DNA of 64,000 nt, taken from Geopsychrobacteraceae bacterium (lineage in GTDB: Bacteria > Desulfobacterota > Desulfuromonadia > Desulfuromonadales > Geopsychrobacteraceae). Numbering within the stretch: position 1 is the stretch's first letter; each line of letters begins with the position of its first letter. The stretch covers positions 1,504,001 through 1,568,000 of the forward strand of contig CAXXTB010000002.1 in NCBI GenBank assembly GCA_963676795.2. The letters are read 5' to 3'. Positions 1 to 9,267 of the stretch are shown here, in pieces. The position numbers and the translations under genes were made by a program. The notes under the pieces were generated by a model that saw only the letters and a program-made list of their open reading frames with translations, was not told the origin of the DNA and made no database searches.

Positions 1-1
1 G

Positions 2-1318
2 TTGGCGGAGTCGGTTGCCGAGGCGATGGATCTATTCTCTCAGCATACTCCGGATGTTGTCACTCTCGATCTCGGCTTGCCACCTGATATCGACGGGGCG
101 ACCGAGGGGTTGCGTTGTCTTGAACATATTCTGCAGCAGCGTCCAGCGACAAAGGTGATTGTCCTCTCCGGTAATGAGGATCACTCAAATGCCATTACTG
201 CCGTCGGCATGGGCGCCTACGACTACTATCACAAGCCGATCAACCTCGATGAGCTGAAGATCATCCTGTCGCGCGCTTTCCATGTTTCGGAACTTGAAGC
301 CGAAAATCAGAAGTTACAGGCTGAAAAAGCCACCCCTGCCGGTTTTTCCGATATCTTTGGTCAGTGTCATCAGATGCAAGCGGTTTTTTCTACGATCAAG
401 AAGGTTGCGTCTATCGATGTCCCTGTCCTGATTCTTGGTGAGAGTGGCACCGGCAAAGAGGTTGTTGCCAGGGCAATTCACAATCGCGGTATCAGGTCTG
501 AAGGCAACTTCGTTGCGATCAATTGCGGAGCGATCCCTGAGAATCTGCTTGAATCTGAACTGTTCGGTCATGAGAAGGGGGCCTTTACCGGGGCGCAGAA
601 CCGGGTTCAGGGGAAGGTTGAGTATGCGGCGGGTGGTACCCTGTTTCTCGATGAGATAGGGGAGATGCCCCCGCTGTTGCAGGTCAAACTGCTGCGTTTT
701 CTGCAGGAGAAGACGATCCAGCGCGTCGGAGGTCGGGAGGATATCCCCGTTGACGTGCGTGTTGTTGCGGCGACAAATATCGATATAGAAGCGGCGATCA
801 AAACGGGATCATTCAGGGAGGACCTGTATTACCGTCTGGGTGTTATATCTCTTGAGCTGCCGCCCTTGCGCGAGCGTGGGGACGATATTGAGTTGTTGGC
901 AAACCTGTTTCTGCAGCGCTACAGCCAGGAATTCGGCAAAAAGACCAGGGGATTCAGTCTGGAGTCGTTGCGCTATCTGCGTGATCATTCATGGCCTGGT
1001 AACGTCCGTGAACTTGAAAACAAGGTCAAACGGGCAATTGTCATGGCTGAAAATCCGATCATTGAAGCATGGGATCTTGGCTTTACGGAAAAATGTATGG
1101 TAGACGCTCAGCCCGGCGCAGATGTGCAGTCACAAGCCGGGATGCAGTTCCAGGGCATGACCCTGAAAGAAGCGCGCTATCAACTCGAACATGCGATGCT
1201 GCAACAAGTTATGGAAGAGCAGGAGGGGAATGTTCAGCGTGCTGCGGAAGCCTTGTCGGTCAGTCGACCGACTTTTTATGATCTTTTGAAAAAGCATGGT
1301 TTGTTTCAGATCGAATGA
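2..1318 (+). CDS. prsR: Sigma54-dependent response regulator, PEP-CTERM-box type (5' end truncated by the window)
   Basis: Receiver motif VVTLDLGLPPD..GATEGL typical of PrsR; AAA+ motifs GESGTGKE, GAFTGA, LFLDEIGE, WPGNVRELEN; C-terminal Fis HTH (VSRPTFYDLLKK). Confidence 0.88.
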   Translation: MAESVAEAMDLFSQHTPDVVTLDLGLPPDIDGATEGLRCLEHILQQRPATKVIVLSGNEDHSNAITAVGMGAYDYYHKPINLDELKIILSRAFHVSELEAENQKLQAEKATPAGFSDIFGQCHQMQAVFSTIKKVASIDVPVLILGESGTGKEVVARAIHNRGIRSEGNFVAINCGAIPENLLESELFGHEKGAFTGAQNRVQGKVEYAAGGTLFLDEIGEMPPLLQVKLLRFLQEKTIQRVGGREDIPVDVRVVAATNIDIEAAIKTGSFREDLYYRLGVISLELPPLRERGDDIELLANLFLQRYSQEFGKKTRGFSLESLRYLRDHSWPGNVRELENKVKRAIVMAENPIIEAWDLGFTEKCMVDAQPGADVQSQAGMQFQGMTLKEARYQLEHAMLQQVMEEQEGNVQRAAEALSVSRPTFYDLLKKHGLFQIE

Positions 1319-1489
1319 CTTATTGTCGCACTATTGCATTTCTATCAACCTGCACACCTTTTGTCTGTTTAGATATGACCCTCGCTGATGCTTTTCGGAT
1401 ACCGACTTCAGGCCATACTTACCCGGTCTGATACAGGTCTATTTTGCTGTGAGAAGGTCAATTGTATAAAATCTCTTCCGGAGGTCAGT

Positions 1490-2425
1490 GTGAATACTGA
1501 AATTAGTGTTGTTGTTCCTTTATATAACGAAGAACTGGTCATCCATGAAATGTATCAACGGCTGACCGGGGTGATGAGTGATTGCTCGGACAACTACGAG
1601 ATTATCATGGTCAACGATGGCAGCCGGGATCAGACTCTGCCGATGGCCAAAGAGATCTGCAAGCGTGACTCCAGGGTCAAATTACTCAGCTTTTCCCGGA
1701 ATTTTGGCCATCAGATTGCGATCACCGCAGGGATGGATCATGCGTCGGGAGAGGCCGTCGTTGTCATCGATGCCGATTTGCAGGATCCGCCTGAGGTTAT
1801 TCCGGAGATGATGAAGAAATGGAAAGAGGGGTTTGATGTCGTCTATGGCGTCAGAGCTGAGCGTCAGGGCGAAAGCTGGTTCAAGCTTTTTACAGCTAAG
1901 GCGTTTTACCGCATCTTGAAAAAGCTCACATCGGTTCATATTCCCGTTGATACGGGTGATTTCAGGCTTATTGACCGTAAGGTGTTGCGTGAATTCAACC
2001 AGATGAGGGAACAGGCCCGCTTTGTACGCGGGATGATAAGTTGGGTTGGTTTTCGTCAGGGCGAAGTCAGCTACGTTCGTCATGAACGTTTTGCCGGTGA
2101 AACCAAGTACCCATTCAAAAAAATGCTCAAGTTCGCCATTGACGGGATGCTGTCTTTCTCCCAGGTTCCATTGAAACTTTCATCTGCTCTGGGTTTGATC
2201 TGTGCGCTGGTGAGCTTTGTGTTCATGATTTACGGCCTGGTGATGAAGTCTTTCTTTCCTGGGCATGTCATTCCGGGCTGGGCGTCGCTGTTCTCTGCCG
2301 TTTTATTTATTGGTGGGGTTCAGTTGATCTGTCTCGGCGTGCTGGGTGAATATATCGGCCGGATTTATGAGGAGATCAAGAAACGGCCTCTGTATATCAT
2401 CGATGAGGAAATTAATCTGAAATAG
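1490..2425 (+). CDS. GT2 family glycosyltransferase, GtrB/bactoprenol glucosyltransferase-like
   Basis: SVVVPLYNEE, NDGSRD, FSRNFGHQ, DADLQDPP and DTGDFRL motifs; two C-terminal TM helices; GTG start at 1490 after GGAGG. Confidence 0.9.
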   Translation: MNTEISVVVPLYNEELVIHEMYQRLTGVMSDCSDNYEIIMVNDGSRDQTLPMAKEICKRDSRVKLLSFSRNFGHQIAITAGMDHASGEAVVVIDADLQDPPEVIPEMMKKWKEGFDVVYGVRAERQGESWFKLFTAKAFYRILKKLTSVHIPVDTGDFRLIDRKVLREFNQMREQARFVRGMISWVGFRQGEVSYVRHERFAGETKYPFKKMLKFAIDGMLSFSQVPLKLSSALGLICALVSFVFMIYGLVMKSFFPGHVIPGWASLFSAVLFIGGVQLICLGVLGEYIGRIYEEIKKRPLYIIDEEINLK

Positions 2426-2456
2426 GCAGTGCCTGTCTATGAAAGGCTAAAAACTT

Positions 2457-2881
2457 GTCCACGAAATTCACGAAAGGCTCGAAAAAAACGCCCCCCCTCA
2501 ATCCCCCCTATGAAATAGGGGGGAAGGGAGTAGCGCGAGCAGGGGGGTGATTCGTGAACAGGTTCGCCTTTGTCTGCATTTGTCTGTGTGAGTCTGTGGC
2601 TTAAAATTGCTTTGTCCACGGAAATCACGGAAGACACGGAAAATGGCTTAATTCAACAGGGATGAAAGGGATAAACAGGATGAAGTCAAAGGCAATGTGG
2701 CTGGATTGATGAATACAGAACAAACAGGTTCTTGTTTTTAGGTATGCCCATAATCCCCAACATCCCCTGAATCCCTGTTAAAAAGATTTAGAAGAATTTG
2801 TCTGTAGTTGTCTGTGTGAGTCTGTGGCAAAAAATGGCTTTGTACGTAGTTGACTGTGGCTATTTCGTGTCATTCGTGGAC
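2457..2881. repeat. Composite nested inverted-repeat element E1 (9/10-nt periodic arms)
   Basis: Outer arms GTCCACGAAATTCACGAAA (2457) / TTTCGTGTCATTCGTGGAC (2863-2881); inner pair AACAGGGATGAAAGGGAT / ATCCCCTGAATCCCTGTT; two copies of TGTCTGTGTGAGTCTGTGGC. Confidence 0.8.
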
Positions 2882-2901
2882 CAATTCGCCTGCTTTTGCC
2901 T

Positions 2902-3777
2902 TTATTCTTGAGACTCAGTCGTGAACTGATAGACATCGCTTTCGTAGAAGACAGTTGGATCACTGTTATCGATGGCGATGACCTTCCAGTAGTAGGTTGT
3001 TGAGTTGCTCAGATTGTCGACGTAGTAATAAAGATCGGAACCTGTATCCACACTGACGAGTATAGAATCGTCACTGGATGATGTCGTTACCGTCTTGCTC
3101 GCCGATGAGCTTCCGCCACCACCTCCGCCACCACAGGCCGAGAGTAGTAACGCAGAGCAGATTGACGCTGCGAGCCAGTGCTTGGTTTTAAGCTTGCTCT
3201 TAAGTGATGGCACGAAAACCAGGCCCAGGCCGAAGAGAAAGATCAGTAGCGATGGTGTGTTGAGTGGATTGCCCGGGAAGCTGGGTATGGAGCCCGCGGC
3301 ACTGACTTCACTGCTGTTGGTTCCGTAGACAAGCCGGTAGGACACGTCATAGCTGGAATCCAGTCCCTCCCATTCAAAGGAGGTGGAAACGGGTTCGTTG
3401 GTTGTGTTGTTCTCCGGGAAAAGGAGCTCCGGGGTGCTGACAACCGTTGGCGCGTTGGAGACAATATTGGAATAGCTGCTTTCATTCCCCCCGGAATCGT
3501 AGGCGGTCACGGTGAAGTAGTAGATGGCGTCATCTTCAAGGCCGGTCAGCGTCACTGAGAGGTTGCTGCCTACGTCGACAGGTGATGCCCCCTGATCCGC
3601 ATCTGTTCCGGAAAGGGGCAGGATGCTGCTGCCTTGTTGATAGTAAACGTAGTACCCTGTAACAGAGTTGCTCGGGCTTGCGTCCCATGAAAGTGTGATA
3701 TCGAGAGAAAAGGCTGTTGCCGGGAGAAATATCAGGCAGGCTGTGAGAAAAAACTTGAGAATTTTTACAGGTGTCAT
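2902..3777 (-). CDS. Exported fibronectin type III domain protein with an internal TM hairpin and lipobox
   Basis: N-terminal signal peptide; Fn3 motifs LSWDAS..GYYVYY..LTGL...YYFTVTAYD; internal hydrophobic-basic-hydrophobic segment ending LLLSAC-GGGGGGG; C-terminal TYYWKVIAID..FTT. Confidence 0.8.
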   Translation of the reverse strand: MTPVKILKFFLTACLIFLPATAFSLDITLSWDASPSNSVTGYYVYYQQGSSILPLSGTDADQGASPVDVGSNLSVTLTGLEDDAIYYFTVTAYDSGGNESSYSNIVSNAPTVVSTPELLFPENNTTNEPVSTSFEWEGLDSSYDVSYRLVYGTNSSEVSAAGSIPSFPGNPLNTPSLLIFLFGLGLVFVPSLKSKLKTKHWLAASICSALLLSACGGGGGGGSSSASKTVTTSSSDDSILVSVDTGSDLYYYVDNLSNSTTYYWKVIAIDNSDPTVFYESDVYQFTTESQE

Positions 3778-3902
3778 TGTTCGATCCTTTTCATTTAATT
3801 TTTATTGCGTTTATATAACATATCAACCTGAACGATTGTAGTTGTTTTTTGTCCTAATATTAGAAAAACCTAGTGCTTGTAGTTGGATTAACGGTGTGAA
3901 AT

Positions 3903-4595
3903 ATGGTCAAATTTGAGTCTCCGTCATTTGATTTTCTGCTGAAGCTGCCCTTGTTCAGCGGGCTGTCGAACCATGATATAGAACTGCTGCTGCCGATTAT
4001 GAAGCTGAAAGCATACGGGAAAGGCGAGATACTTTTTGAAGAAGGGGAAACAGCAAGCGGTTTTTTTGTTGTCAGGGAAGGCAGGGTCAAGATATTCAAG
4101 CTGTCTGCCGAAGGAAAAGAGCGTATACTTCATATCGTTTTACCCTGTCAGAGCTTTGCGGATGCGGCTATTTTTGATGATGGCTGCTATCCCGCCTTCG
4201 CTGAAACCCTTGTGCCTTCTGAACTGGTATTTTTCCCGAAACGGGAGTTTTTGCAGCTTCTGCATGCTGATTCTCAGTTGTCTATAAACATGATTGCAGG
4301 CTTGTCCAGGTATTTGCGCCAGTTCACTGTGCAGATAGAAGATCTGACCTTTCGGGATGTTCCTTCCAGGCTGGCCAGGTATCTTATCAGTCTCGGTGCG
4401 GAAGAGAGACGCTCAATTACATTGCCGATTGCAAAATCACAACTGGCTTCCAACCTGGGTACAACGAGCGAGACTCTTTCGCGGACGCTGCGGAAGTTGA
4501 CAGATGAAGGGCTTTTGCGGGTGCAGGGAAAAAATATCGAAATTCTTGACTGCGACGGGCTCTATGAGTTATCGAGCCGGGAGAGTACGGCTTAG
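3903..4595 (+). CDS. Crp/Fnr family transcriptional regulator (HcpR/Dnr-like)
   Basis: cNMP-binding domain (KGEILFEEGE, GRVKIFKLSAEGKERIL); HTH with ETLSR recognition helix; lacks the FNR N-terminal Cys cluster. Confidence 0.88.
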   Translation: MVKFESPSFDFLLKLPLFSGLSNHDIELLLPIMKLKAYGKGEILFEEGETASGFFVVREGRVKIFKLSAEGKERILHIVLPCQSFADAAIFDDGCYPAFAETLVPSELVFFPKREFLQLLHADSQLSINMIAGLSRYLRQFTVQIEDLTFRDVPSRLARYLISLGAEERRSITLPIAKSQLASNLGTTSETLSRTLRKLTDEGLLRVQGKNIEILDCDGLYELSSRESTA

Positions 4596-4599
4596 GAAT

Positions 4600-4613
4600 T
4601 TGATATTGATCAA
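4600..4613. promoter_or_regulatory. FNR/Dnr-type binding box TTGAT-N4-ATCAA upstream of the ygbA-like gene
   Basis: Exact TTGATATTGATCAA; candidate extended -10 (TGnTATTTT, 4633-4641) lies at class II spacing. Confidence 0.75.
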
Positions 4614-4670
4614 TTTCTGCTCACGTCTGACATGTTATTTTCTGCAATGAAAGGACGTGGGTAAAAGAAT

Positions 4671-5027
4671 ATGACGCAGATTTTGACTCGTAGGGAAGTG
4701 CATGATCTTAAGATTCTTGCCCTGTTTACGGCTTACTATTGTGGCAAAAAGCACGCCGATGCGGCTTGCTTTTCCATTTCCGGATTGCCCGATTCATTGA
4801 AGATGCTGGAAAAATACTCCTGCTGTGAATCATGTAGACAGTTCCTGGAGTATGCGATTGAACGTCGAATCCGCTGTCCGCTGAGCGTCAAACCTGCCTG
4901 TAAACATTGCCGGATCCATTGCTACCGATCTGATTATCGTGAGAAGGTCCGTGAAATTATGCGATTTTCCGGCAGTGGCCTCATTTTGAGAGGGCGTTTG
5001 GATCTGCTTTGGCATTTTTTCTTCTAA
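4671..5027 (+). CDS. YgbA / nitrous oxide-stimulated promoter family Cys-rich protein
   Basis: YC..H, CxxC..LEYA..R...CP...KPACKHC.IHCY...RE..REIMRFSG pattern. Confidence 0.85.
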   Translation: MTQILTRREVHDLKILALFTAYYCGKKHADAACFSISGLPDSLKMLEKYSCCESCRQFLEYAIERRIRCPLSVKPACKHCRIHCYRSDYREKVREIMRFSGSGLILRGRLDLLWHFFF

Positions 5028-5030
5028 ATG

Positions 5031-5173
5031 AGTTGCCAGATTGGAAACGAGAAATTTTTCGTTGTGGTTAGGAAATCAAGAACTTGTGCGGAGACGTAGT
5101 CCTTTACGTCGCACAAGCAAGTCCGCAGATTGACGCCGCCACAGCGGAAAAGGGCCGTTTCCGTATGAAAACT
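5031..5173. repeat. ~143-bp palindromic dispersed repeat, family R, copy 1
   Basis: Reverse complement aligns over its full length with 49833-49974; imperfect terminal IRs AGTTGCCAGATTGGAAACG / CGTTTCCGTATGAAAACT. Confidence 0.85.
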
Positions 5174-5407
5174 AAATATCTGCATTTGGTAATGAATGGC
5201 TGCCTTTTATCTTGAGTTAATTAATTAACTCTGCTAGGGTCCACTAATAAGTTTTCTGTTATATATCAGGCTGCTGGAAAACTATCTGCGTTGCAATTGC
5301 GGCGTTGATAACTTTGCCAACATTCTGAAGGCGCTTAGTTCGCAATCTAAATGTGAAGTTAATTGTTATCGAAATTTTGGGTAATTGCATTTTGAAGGAG
5401 ACTGCGA

Positions 5408-6079
5408 ATGCGTATTCTGGTTGTTGAAGATGAGAAAAAAGTTGCCAGCTTCATTGAGCGTGGCCTGACCGAAGAAGGGTTTGAGGTCGAGGTCGCCTAT
5501 GATGGTGAAGAGGGTGTCGCCAAGGCTGAAAGCAGCACGTTTGATCTGATCCTGATGGATGTCATGCTGCCGAAAATGGATGGCATTGCCGCTATCAGGG
5601 AAATTCGTGAAAAACAGCTTAAGACCCCTGTCCTTTGTCTGACTGCGCGTGACACTGTTGATGACAAAGTCGCTGGTCTGAATATCGGTGCCGATGATTA
5701 CCTGGCCAAGCCATTCGCTTTTGCTGAACTGGTGGCCCGGTGTCGTGCTCTGATCCGCCGTGGTTCGACTGATCGTGGTGCGGAAATCTATTTCGCCGAT
5801 CTGAAACTGGATCCGGTTGCCCACAAGGTCTGGCGCAGTGATCAGGAGATCGAACTGACGACCAAGGAATATGCCTTGATGGAATATTTCATGCGTAATC
5901 CGAACAAGGTCCTGACCCGGGCGATGATCGCGGAAAATGTCTGGGACTACAACTTCGATTCCTTTACCAATATCATCGATGTTTACGTCAACTACCTGCG
6001 TAACAAGATCGATCGCAACTTTGAAAAGAAGTTGATCCATACCGTTCGTGGCGCAGGTTACATGCTTAAAGAAGATTAA
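5408..6079 (+). CDS. OmpR-family response regulator (CusR/CzcR-like), no adjacent kinase
   Basis: MRILVVEDE, DLILMDVMLP, GADDYLAKPF, winged-helix motif LIHTVRGAGY. Confidence 0.92.
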   Translation: MRILVVEDEKKVASFIERGLTEEGFEVEVAYDGEEGVAKAESSTFDLILMDVMLPKMDGIAAIREIREKQLKTPVLCLTARDTVDDKVAGLNIGADDYLAKPFAFAELVARCRALIRRGSTDRGAEIYFADLKLDPVAHKVWRSDQEIELTTKEYALMEYFMRNPNKVLTRAMIAENVWDYNFDSFTNIIDVYVNYLRNKIDRNFEKKLIHTVRGAGYMLKED

Positions 6080-6110
6080 TTGTATCACTAGGAAAAAACT
6101 TATTAATATC

Positions 6111-6147
6111 AGGCAGATTTAACGTAAAGTTAAATCTGCCTTTTTTG
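6111..6147 (+). terminator. Rho-independent terminator
   Basis: GGCAGATTTAAC / GTTAAATCTGCC stem followed by a T run. Confidence 0.65.
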
Positions 6148-6169
6148 TAAATTATTCCACGGAGCCAAT

Positions 6170-7588
6170 ATGATTTTGCCAGTCATTCTTTCAGGTGGAG
6201 CTGGAACGAGGCTTTGGCCTTTATCGCGCGAACTCTATCCGAAGCAGTTGCTGCCGCTTGCTTCCAAACAGACAATGATTCAGGAGACTGTCATGCGTCT
6301 GCATGGGATAGCTGATCTCGGTCAACCTGTGCTTGTCTGTAACGAAGCTCATCGGTTTATGGTGGCTGAACAGATGCGTCAGATGGCTGTGTCGCCTGAA
6401 GCCATTATCCTTGAACCCTGTGGCCGGAATACTGCACCGGCGGTTGCCATTGCGGCCCTGTATGCACTTCAGAATGATCTTGATCCGCTGCTGCTGGTAT
6501 TGCCTGCAGACCACCTGATCAAAGATACTGAAAATTTTCAGACGGCTGTTGCTGCGGCAGTTGCTGCTGCTGAAGCCGGGCAACTGGTCACATTCGGCAT
6601 CGTTCCTGACCGACCGGAAACGGGGTATGGTTATATCCGGGCCGACAAGGGCAGTGTCTCGTCTGCTCTCTATCCGGTTGCCGAGTTTGTCGAAAAGCCG
6701 GATCTGGTTACGGCTGAATCTTATCTGAAAAGTGGTGACTATTTCTGGAATAGCGGGATGTTCATGTTCAGGGCCAGTCGCTACCTTGAGGAACTGAAAG
6801 CCTTCCGGCCTGACATCGTTGAGGCTTGCGAGCGGACCTTTGAATCTTTGGCGTCTGACCTCGACTTTTTGCGGCTTGATAAGGACCTTTTCCAGACCTG
6901 CCCCTCAGATTCGATCGATTATGCCGTTATGGAGAAAACGGCTGATGCTGTAGTCTATCCTCTTGATGCGGGATGGAATGATATCGGGGCCTGGTCGGCG
7001 CTGTGGGATGTGAAGGGAAAAGACGCTGCAGGAAATGTCATTCAGGGGGATGTGCTGCTGGAAAATACAGCCGATTGCTATCTGCATGCGACCAAGCGCA
7101 TGATTGCTGCTGTCGGCCTGAGGGATCTGGTCGTTGTTGAAACCGCCGATGCCGTCCTCGTTGCCGATCGCAACCAGGTGCAGGACGTCAAGAAGATCGT
7201 CGAGCAGCTCAAAAAGCAGGAGCGTGGCGAAGCGTTGCTGCATAGCCGGGTCAATCGCCCCTGGGGAACCTACGAAGGAATCGATGCGGGTGATCGCTTT
7301 CAGGTCAAGCGGATCTGCGTCAATCCCGGAGCCAGCCTGTCCTTGCAGAAGCATCATCACCGGGCAGAGCACTGGATTGTTGTGCGGGGCACCGCGAAGG
7401 TCACCTGCGGAGAAAAGACCTTGCTCCTGGCGGAGAACCAGTCGACTTATATCCCGCTCGGCGAAGTGCATCGGCTGGAAAATCCGGGGAAAATCATGCT
7501 CGAAATGATCGAGGTTCAGTCAGGGAGTTACCTTGGTGAGGATGATATCGTTCGCTTTGATGATGTTTACGGGCGTGAACCGAAGTAA
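6170..7588 (+). CDS. manC: Mannose-1-phosphate guanylyltransferase / mannose-6-phosphate isomerase
   Basis: [30 protein letters not shown]-terminal cupin [14 protein letters not shown]. Confidence 0.96.
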   Translation: MILPVILSGGAGTRLWPLSRELYPKQLLPLASKQTMIQETVMRLHGIADLGQPVLVCNEAHRFMVAEQMRQMAVSPEAIILEPCGRNTAPAVAIAALYALQNDLDPLLLVLPADHLIKDTENFQTAVAAAVAAAEAGQLVTFGIVPDRPETGYGYIRADKGSVSSALYPVAEFVEKPDLVTAESYLKSGDYFWNSGMFMFRASRYLEELKAFRPDIVEACERTFESLASDLDFLRLDKDLFQTCPSDSIDYAVMEKTADAVVYPLDAGWNDIGAWSALWDVKGKDAAGNVIQGDVLLENTADCYLHATKRMIAAVGLRDLVVVETADAVLVADRNQVQDVKKIVEQLKKQERGEALLHSRVNRPWGTYEGIDAGDRFQVKRICVNPGASLSLQKHHHRAEHWIVVRGTAKVTCGEKTLLLAENQSTYIPLGEVHRLENPGKIMLEMIEVQSGSYLGEDDIVRFDDVYGREPK

Positions 7589-7597
7589 ACCTTTTGT

Positions 7598-7870
7598 TGT
7601 CCACGGAAAACACAGAAGACACGGAAATTAAGACTAAAATCTCTTCGTACAGAGATCCAGTGATCGCAGAAAAAAGCCTTAATCGAAATCATTATTTTCT
7701 TAAGTCACCAGTTTTTTTATCTGCCTTTGTCTGTGTGCGTCTGTGGCAAAAAACAGATTAAGGTTCTCTTCATGTCTTGTCGGCTTGAGAGAGCGCAGCG
7801 AACGGGCGTGAGGCTGGTTTCTGGCGTGTCTGTTTGTGGTTATTTCGAGATTTTCGTGCCTTTCGTGGAC
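7598..7870. repeat. Composite nested inverted-repeat element E2
   Basis: TGTCCACGGAAAACACAGAAGACACGGAAA ... TTTCGAGATTTTCGTGCCTTTCGTGGAC; internal modules are colinear with E3. Confidence 0.85.
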
Positions 7871-7906
7871 GATTGCTTTTAGCTTTTTTATATACATGAG
7901 GGACAT

Positions 7907-9259
7907 ATGAAGATTACTTGTTTCAAGGCCTATGACATCCGCGGTCGCTTGCCGGACCAGTTGAATGAGGAGATTGCCTGGCGGATCGGCCGGGCTTACG
8001 CGCAGGAACTGTCTCCTGAAAAAGTCGCTGTCGGGCGGGATGTCCGGCTGTCCAGTGAATCCCTTGCGGCTGCTCTGATGAAAGGTCTGACCGAGGGCGG
8101 TGCCGATGTTCTGGACATTGGCATGTGCGGGACTGAAGAGGTTTACCACGCGACCTTCAGTCAGCAGCTCGATGGCGGGATCATGGTTACGGCCAGCCAT
8201 AATCCGATCGATTACAACGGTATGAAGCTTGTCCGTGAGGGGGCAAGGCCGATCAGCGGCGATTCCGGCCTGGGGCGTATTCAGGAACTGGCTGAAGCGG
8301 GTGATTTTAATGATGCGGCACAGTGCGGGAATATTGAGCAATGTTCAATTCGAAGTGAATATATTCAGCATCTGCTGGGTTATGTCGAGATAGACAAGCT
8401 TAAGCCCCTGAAGGTTGTTGTCAATGCCGGTAACGGATGTGCCGGCCCGGTCATTGATGCCCTGGAAGAGTTTCTGCCGGTCGAATTCATCCGCATCTGT
8501 CATGAGCCTGACGGCACATTTCCCAATGGCATCCCCAATCCGCTGCTGCCGGAAAACCGTTCATTGACCCGCGATGCTGTGCTGGAAAACAATGCTGATC
8601 TGGGCATCGCCTGGGATGGCGATTTTGACCGTTGCTTTCTCTTCGATGAAAAAGGCGGATTTATTGAGGGCTATTATATTGTCGGCTTGCTTGCCAGGGC
8701 TTTTCTGGCCGTACAGCCGGGTGAGAAGATCATCCACGATCCGCGTTTGTCCTGGAATACGGTAGATGTTGTTGAGAGCTCAGGCGGCATTCCCGTTCAA
8801 AGTAAAACCGGGCATGCCTTTATCAAGGAGCGAATGCGCGCCGAGAATGCAATCTACGGTGGTGAGATGAGCGCCCACCATTATTTCCGTGATTTTGCCT
8901 ACTGCGACAGTGGCATGATCCCCTGGCTCAAGGTTGTCGAATTGATGTCGGTTGATGGGAAGCCGTTATCTGCGCTGGTCGATGAAATGATGGCGGCCTA
9001 TCCGGCCAGTGGTGAGATCAACAGGACAGTCAAAGATTCGTCGGTTGTGCTGGCGGAGGTACAGAAACGTTACCAGTCTGAATCGATTGGAATAGATTTT
9101 ACCGACGGTTTGAGTCTCGACATGGGACAGTGGCGTTTCAATCTGCGTCAGTCAAACACCGAACCGGTCATTCGCCTGAATGTCGAATCTCGTGGGGATC
9201 AGTCATTGATGGAGGGTAAGACGGCGGAGCTGCTGGCGTTTATTGATTCTTTGGGGTGA
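7907..9259 (+). CDS. manB: Phosphomannomutase (CpsG type)
   Basis: [33 protein letters not shown]. Confidence 0.95.
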   Translation: MKITCFKAYDIRGRLPDQLNEEIAWRIGRAYAQELSPEKVAVGRDVRLSSESLAAALMKGLTEGGADVLDIGMCGTEEVYHATFSQQLDGGIMVTASHNPIDYNGMKLVREGARPISGDSGLGRIQELAEAGDFNDAAQCGNIEQCSIRSEYIQHLLGYVEIDKLKPLKVVVNAGNGCAGPVIDALEEFLPVEFIRICHEPDGTFPNGIPNPLLPENRSLTRDAVLENNADLGIAWDGDFDRCFLFDEKGGFIEGYYIVGLLARAFLAVQPGEKIIHDPRLSWNTVDVVESSGGIPVQSKTGHAFIKERMRAENAIYGGEMSAHHYFRDFAYCDSGMIPWLKVVELMSVDGKPLSALVDEMMAAYPASGEINRTVKDSSVVLAEVQKRYQSESIGIDFTDGLSLDMGQWRFNLRQSNTEPVIRLNVESRGDQSLMEGKTAELLAFIDSLG

Positions 9260-9267
9260 GTTCTTTT

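Noticed and set aside
3780..3902. Sigma54 promoter or PrsR box for the Fn3 gene; TTGTAGTTG direct repeat
   Set aside because: No convincing GG-N10-GC element; a 9-bp repeat in AT-rich DNA is too weak alone.
7700..8341. Minus-strand ORFs crossing the repeat elements (also 2437-2637, 19478-19784)
   Set aside because: Low-complexity translations of repeat arms or antisense to manB; no coding signal.
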